Assembly: GCA_964619725.1 (NCBI GenBank) | Contig: CAZUFC010000076.1 | Span: 22,290 to 40,696, forward strand | From: an uncultured bacterium | GTDB lineage: Bacteria > CSSED10-310 > CAZUFC01 | Length of the DNA: 18,407 nt | Direction: 5' to 3' | Part shown: positions 17,386 to 18,407 of the stretch, piece by piece | How the letters are laid out: every line of letters begins with the position of its first letter | Numbering within the stretch: the first letter of the stretch is position 1 | Translations under genes and position numbers: made by a program | The notes under the pieces: generated by a model | The model's input: the letters and a program-made list of their open reading frames with translations, nothing else | The model's database searches: none | What the model was told of the DNA's origin: nothing

Positions 17386-17799
17386 ATGAGGCGAGCATTA
17401 TTCATTATGATTTTGTCGGTAATCTGGGCGGGATGTTCGGCATCGGTTCATTTCAGGCAGACGAATGACGATTATGTACTGAAGGCAAAGCCTGCGGGTT
17501 CGAAGGTAATATTCAAGCAGGATGAAGTAGAGCGGCCGCATGAAGTAATCGGCATAATTGAGGCTGAGTTGGGGAAGCATTCGAGGCGGCCGGATTTAAA
17601 CAGGCTGATAATCCGTAAGGCGAGGGAGATAGGGGCAGACGGCGTAATGCTTGTTGAATACGATGTGGACCGGGACGTCTATGTAAGGCGTCATCACCGG
17701 GTCGTAGGCCGGGGCCCTCACAGGCGCCATGTGGTGAGGAAGCATCCCGAGGTACATGTAAGGAAGACGGCATCAGCGGTAGCGTTTATATTCCGCTGA
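17386..17799 (+). CDS. Small lipoprotein, YbjQ/heavy-metal-binding-like fold with an Arg/His-rich insertion
   Basis: ATG at 17386 after AAGGAG (preferred to 17308). Lipobox MRRALFIMILSVIWAG-C, RPHEVIGII, RKAREIGADGV and C-terminal ASAVAFIF. Confidence 0.75.
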   Translation: MRRALFIMILSVIWAGCSASVHFRQTNDDYVLKAKPAGSKVIFKQDEVERPHEVIGIIEAELGKHSRRPDLNRLIIRKAREIGADGVMLVEYDVDRDVYVRRHHRVVGRGPHRRHVVRKHPEVHVRKTASAVAFIFR

Positions 17800-17836
17800 C
17801 CAGAAGACGGCTAAATTGCAGAACATACTGAGCAAG

Positions 17837-17867
17837 GCGTCGCCGAGCGATATCGGCGGCGTTTTTT
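17837..17867 (+). terminator. Rho-independent terminator after the lipoprotein gene
   Basis: GC-rich stem GCGTCGCCGA / TCGGCGGCGT with a 6-nt loop followed by a T run. Confidence 0.7.
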
Positions 17868-18407
17868 AGTATGTGGGGATTTTAAATCGAGGGCAGTTTT
17901 AGTCGATAATTGAGTTAAGCGGCGATTGCGGCAGTGAAGATGACTTAATGGCATTGATGACAATAAGGGTTCAAGAGGCATCAGTTTCTCGCGGTCCATT
18001 TTGTATGTTGTCAGCGAAGCTGTAACCGAGTCAAGTAAAAAGAGTCGTGCTGTTGTAGTTGTCGAATTTAAACTTGACGGCCATTCAGGCGAAATTGAAT
18101 TTAAAAGTCATTTAGCAAGGGACTCCGACAACGGTACCCTCTTCGCCGGCACGACGACGACAACGATTCATCAGCTAACATATTGAAGAGTAATGAAGTA
18201 AGACTTATCCTAATACGTATTGGTTGCCTGAGAGTTGACGGGAGCGGGCAAAACGGGATAAAGCGATTTCGGTCCGAGCTTTTTCCGCTGTGTGTGGATC
18301 CAAGTAAAACCAATTAAAAATGAAGGTCCCGGAAATTAATTACCCCAATACGGCTGTATATTCTGGACCAAAGATGCCGGCGATTCCGGTTTAAAGATGC
18401 CGCCCAT

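Noticed and set aside
18001-18407. ORFs 18001..18186 and 18101..18313, and a possible gene end at the right edge
   Set aside because: They are short, without RBS or motifs; any truncated CDS at the edge is too short to assign a frame.

Overview
Bacterial genomic window of about 18.4 kb. The left end holds a large minus-strand CDS (start 2110, running off the window edge) that the supplied ORF track misses. It encodes a secreted protein with a thioester-domain (TED/TQXA-type) signature, two SdrD-B/CnaB-like repeats and a long Pro/Thr tandem-repeat stalk. A roughly 1 kb divergent intergenic region follows, containing nested miniature inverted-repeat elements. Next come a B12-binding radical SAM enzyme, an SDR, a secreted GH13 alpha-amylase and a small secreted partner protein; these last two both end in a Pro/Thr linker plus the same unassigned ~113-aa C-terminal domain. 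The remainder holds fumC, a pair of DUF3857/transglutaminase-like genes (one with an intact catalytic triad, one without), a PiT phosphate transporter with its DUF47 partner, a small Arg/His-rich lipoprotein and a ~600 bp non-coding tail. The best candidate for an undescribed system is the shared linker + C-terminal domain as a lineage-specific surface sorting/anchoring module, possibly also used by the thioester adhesin.
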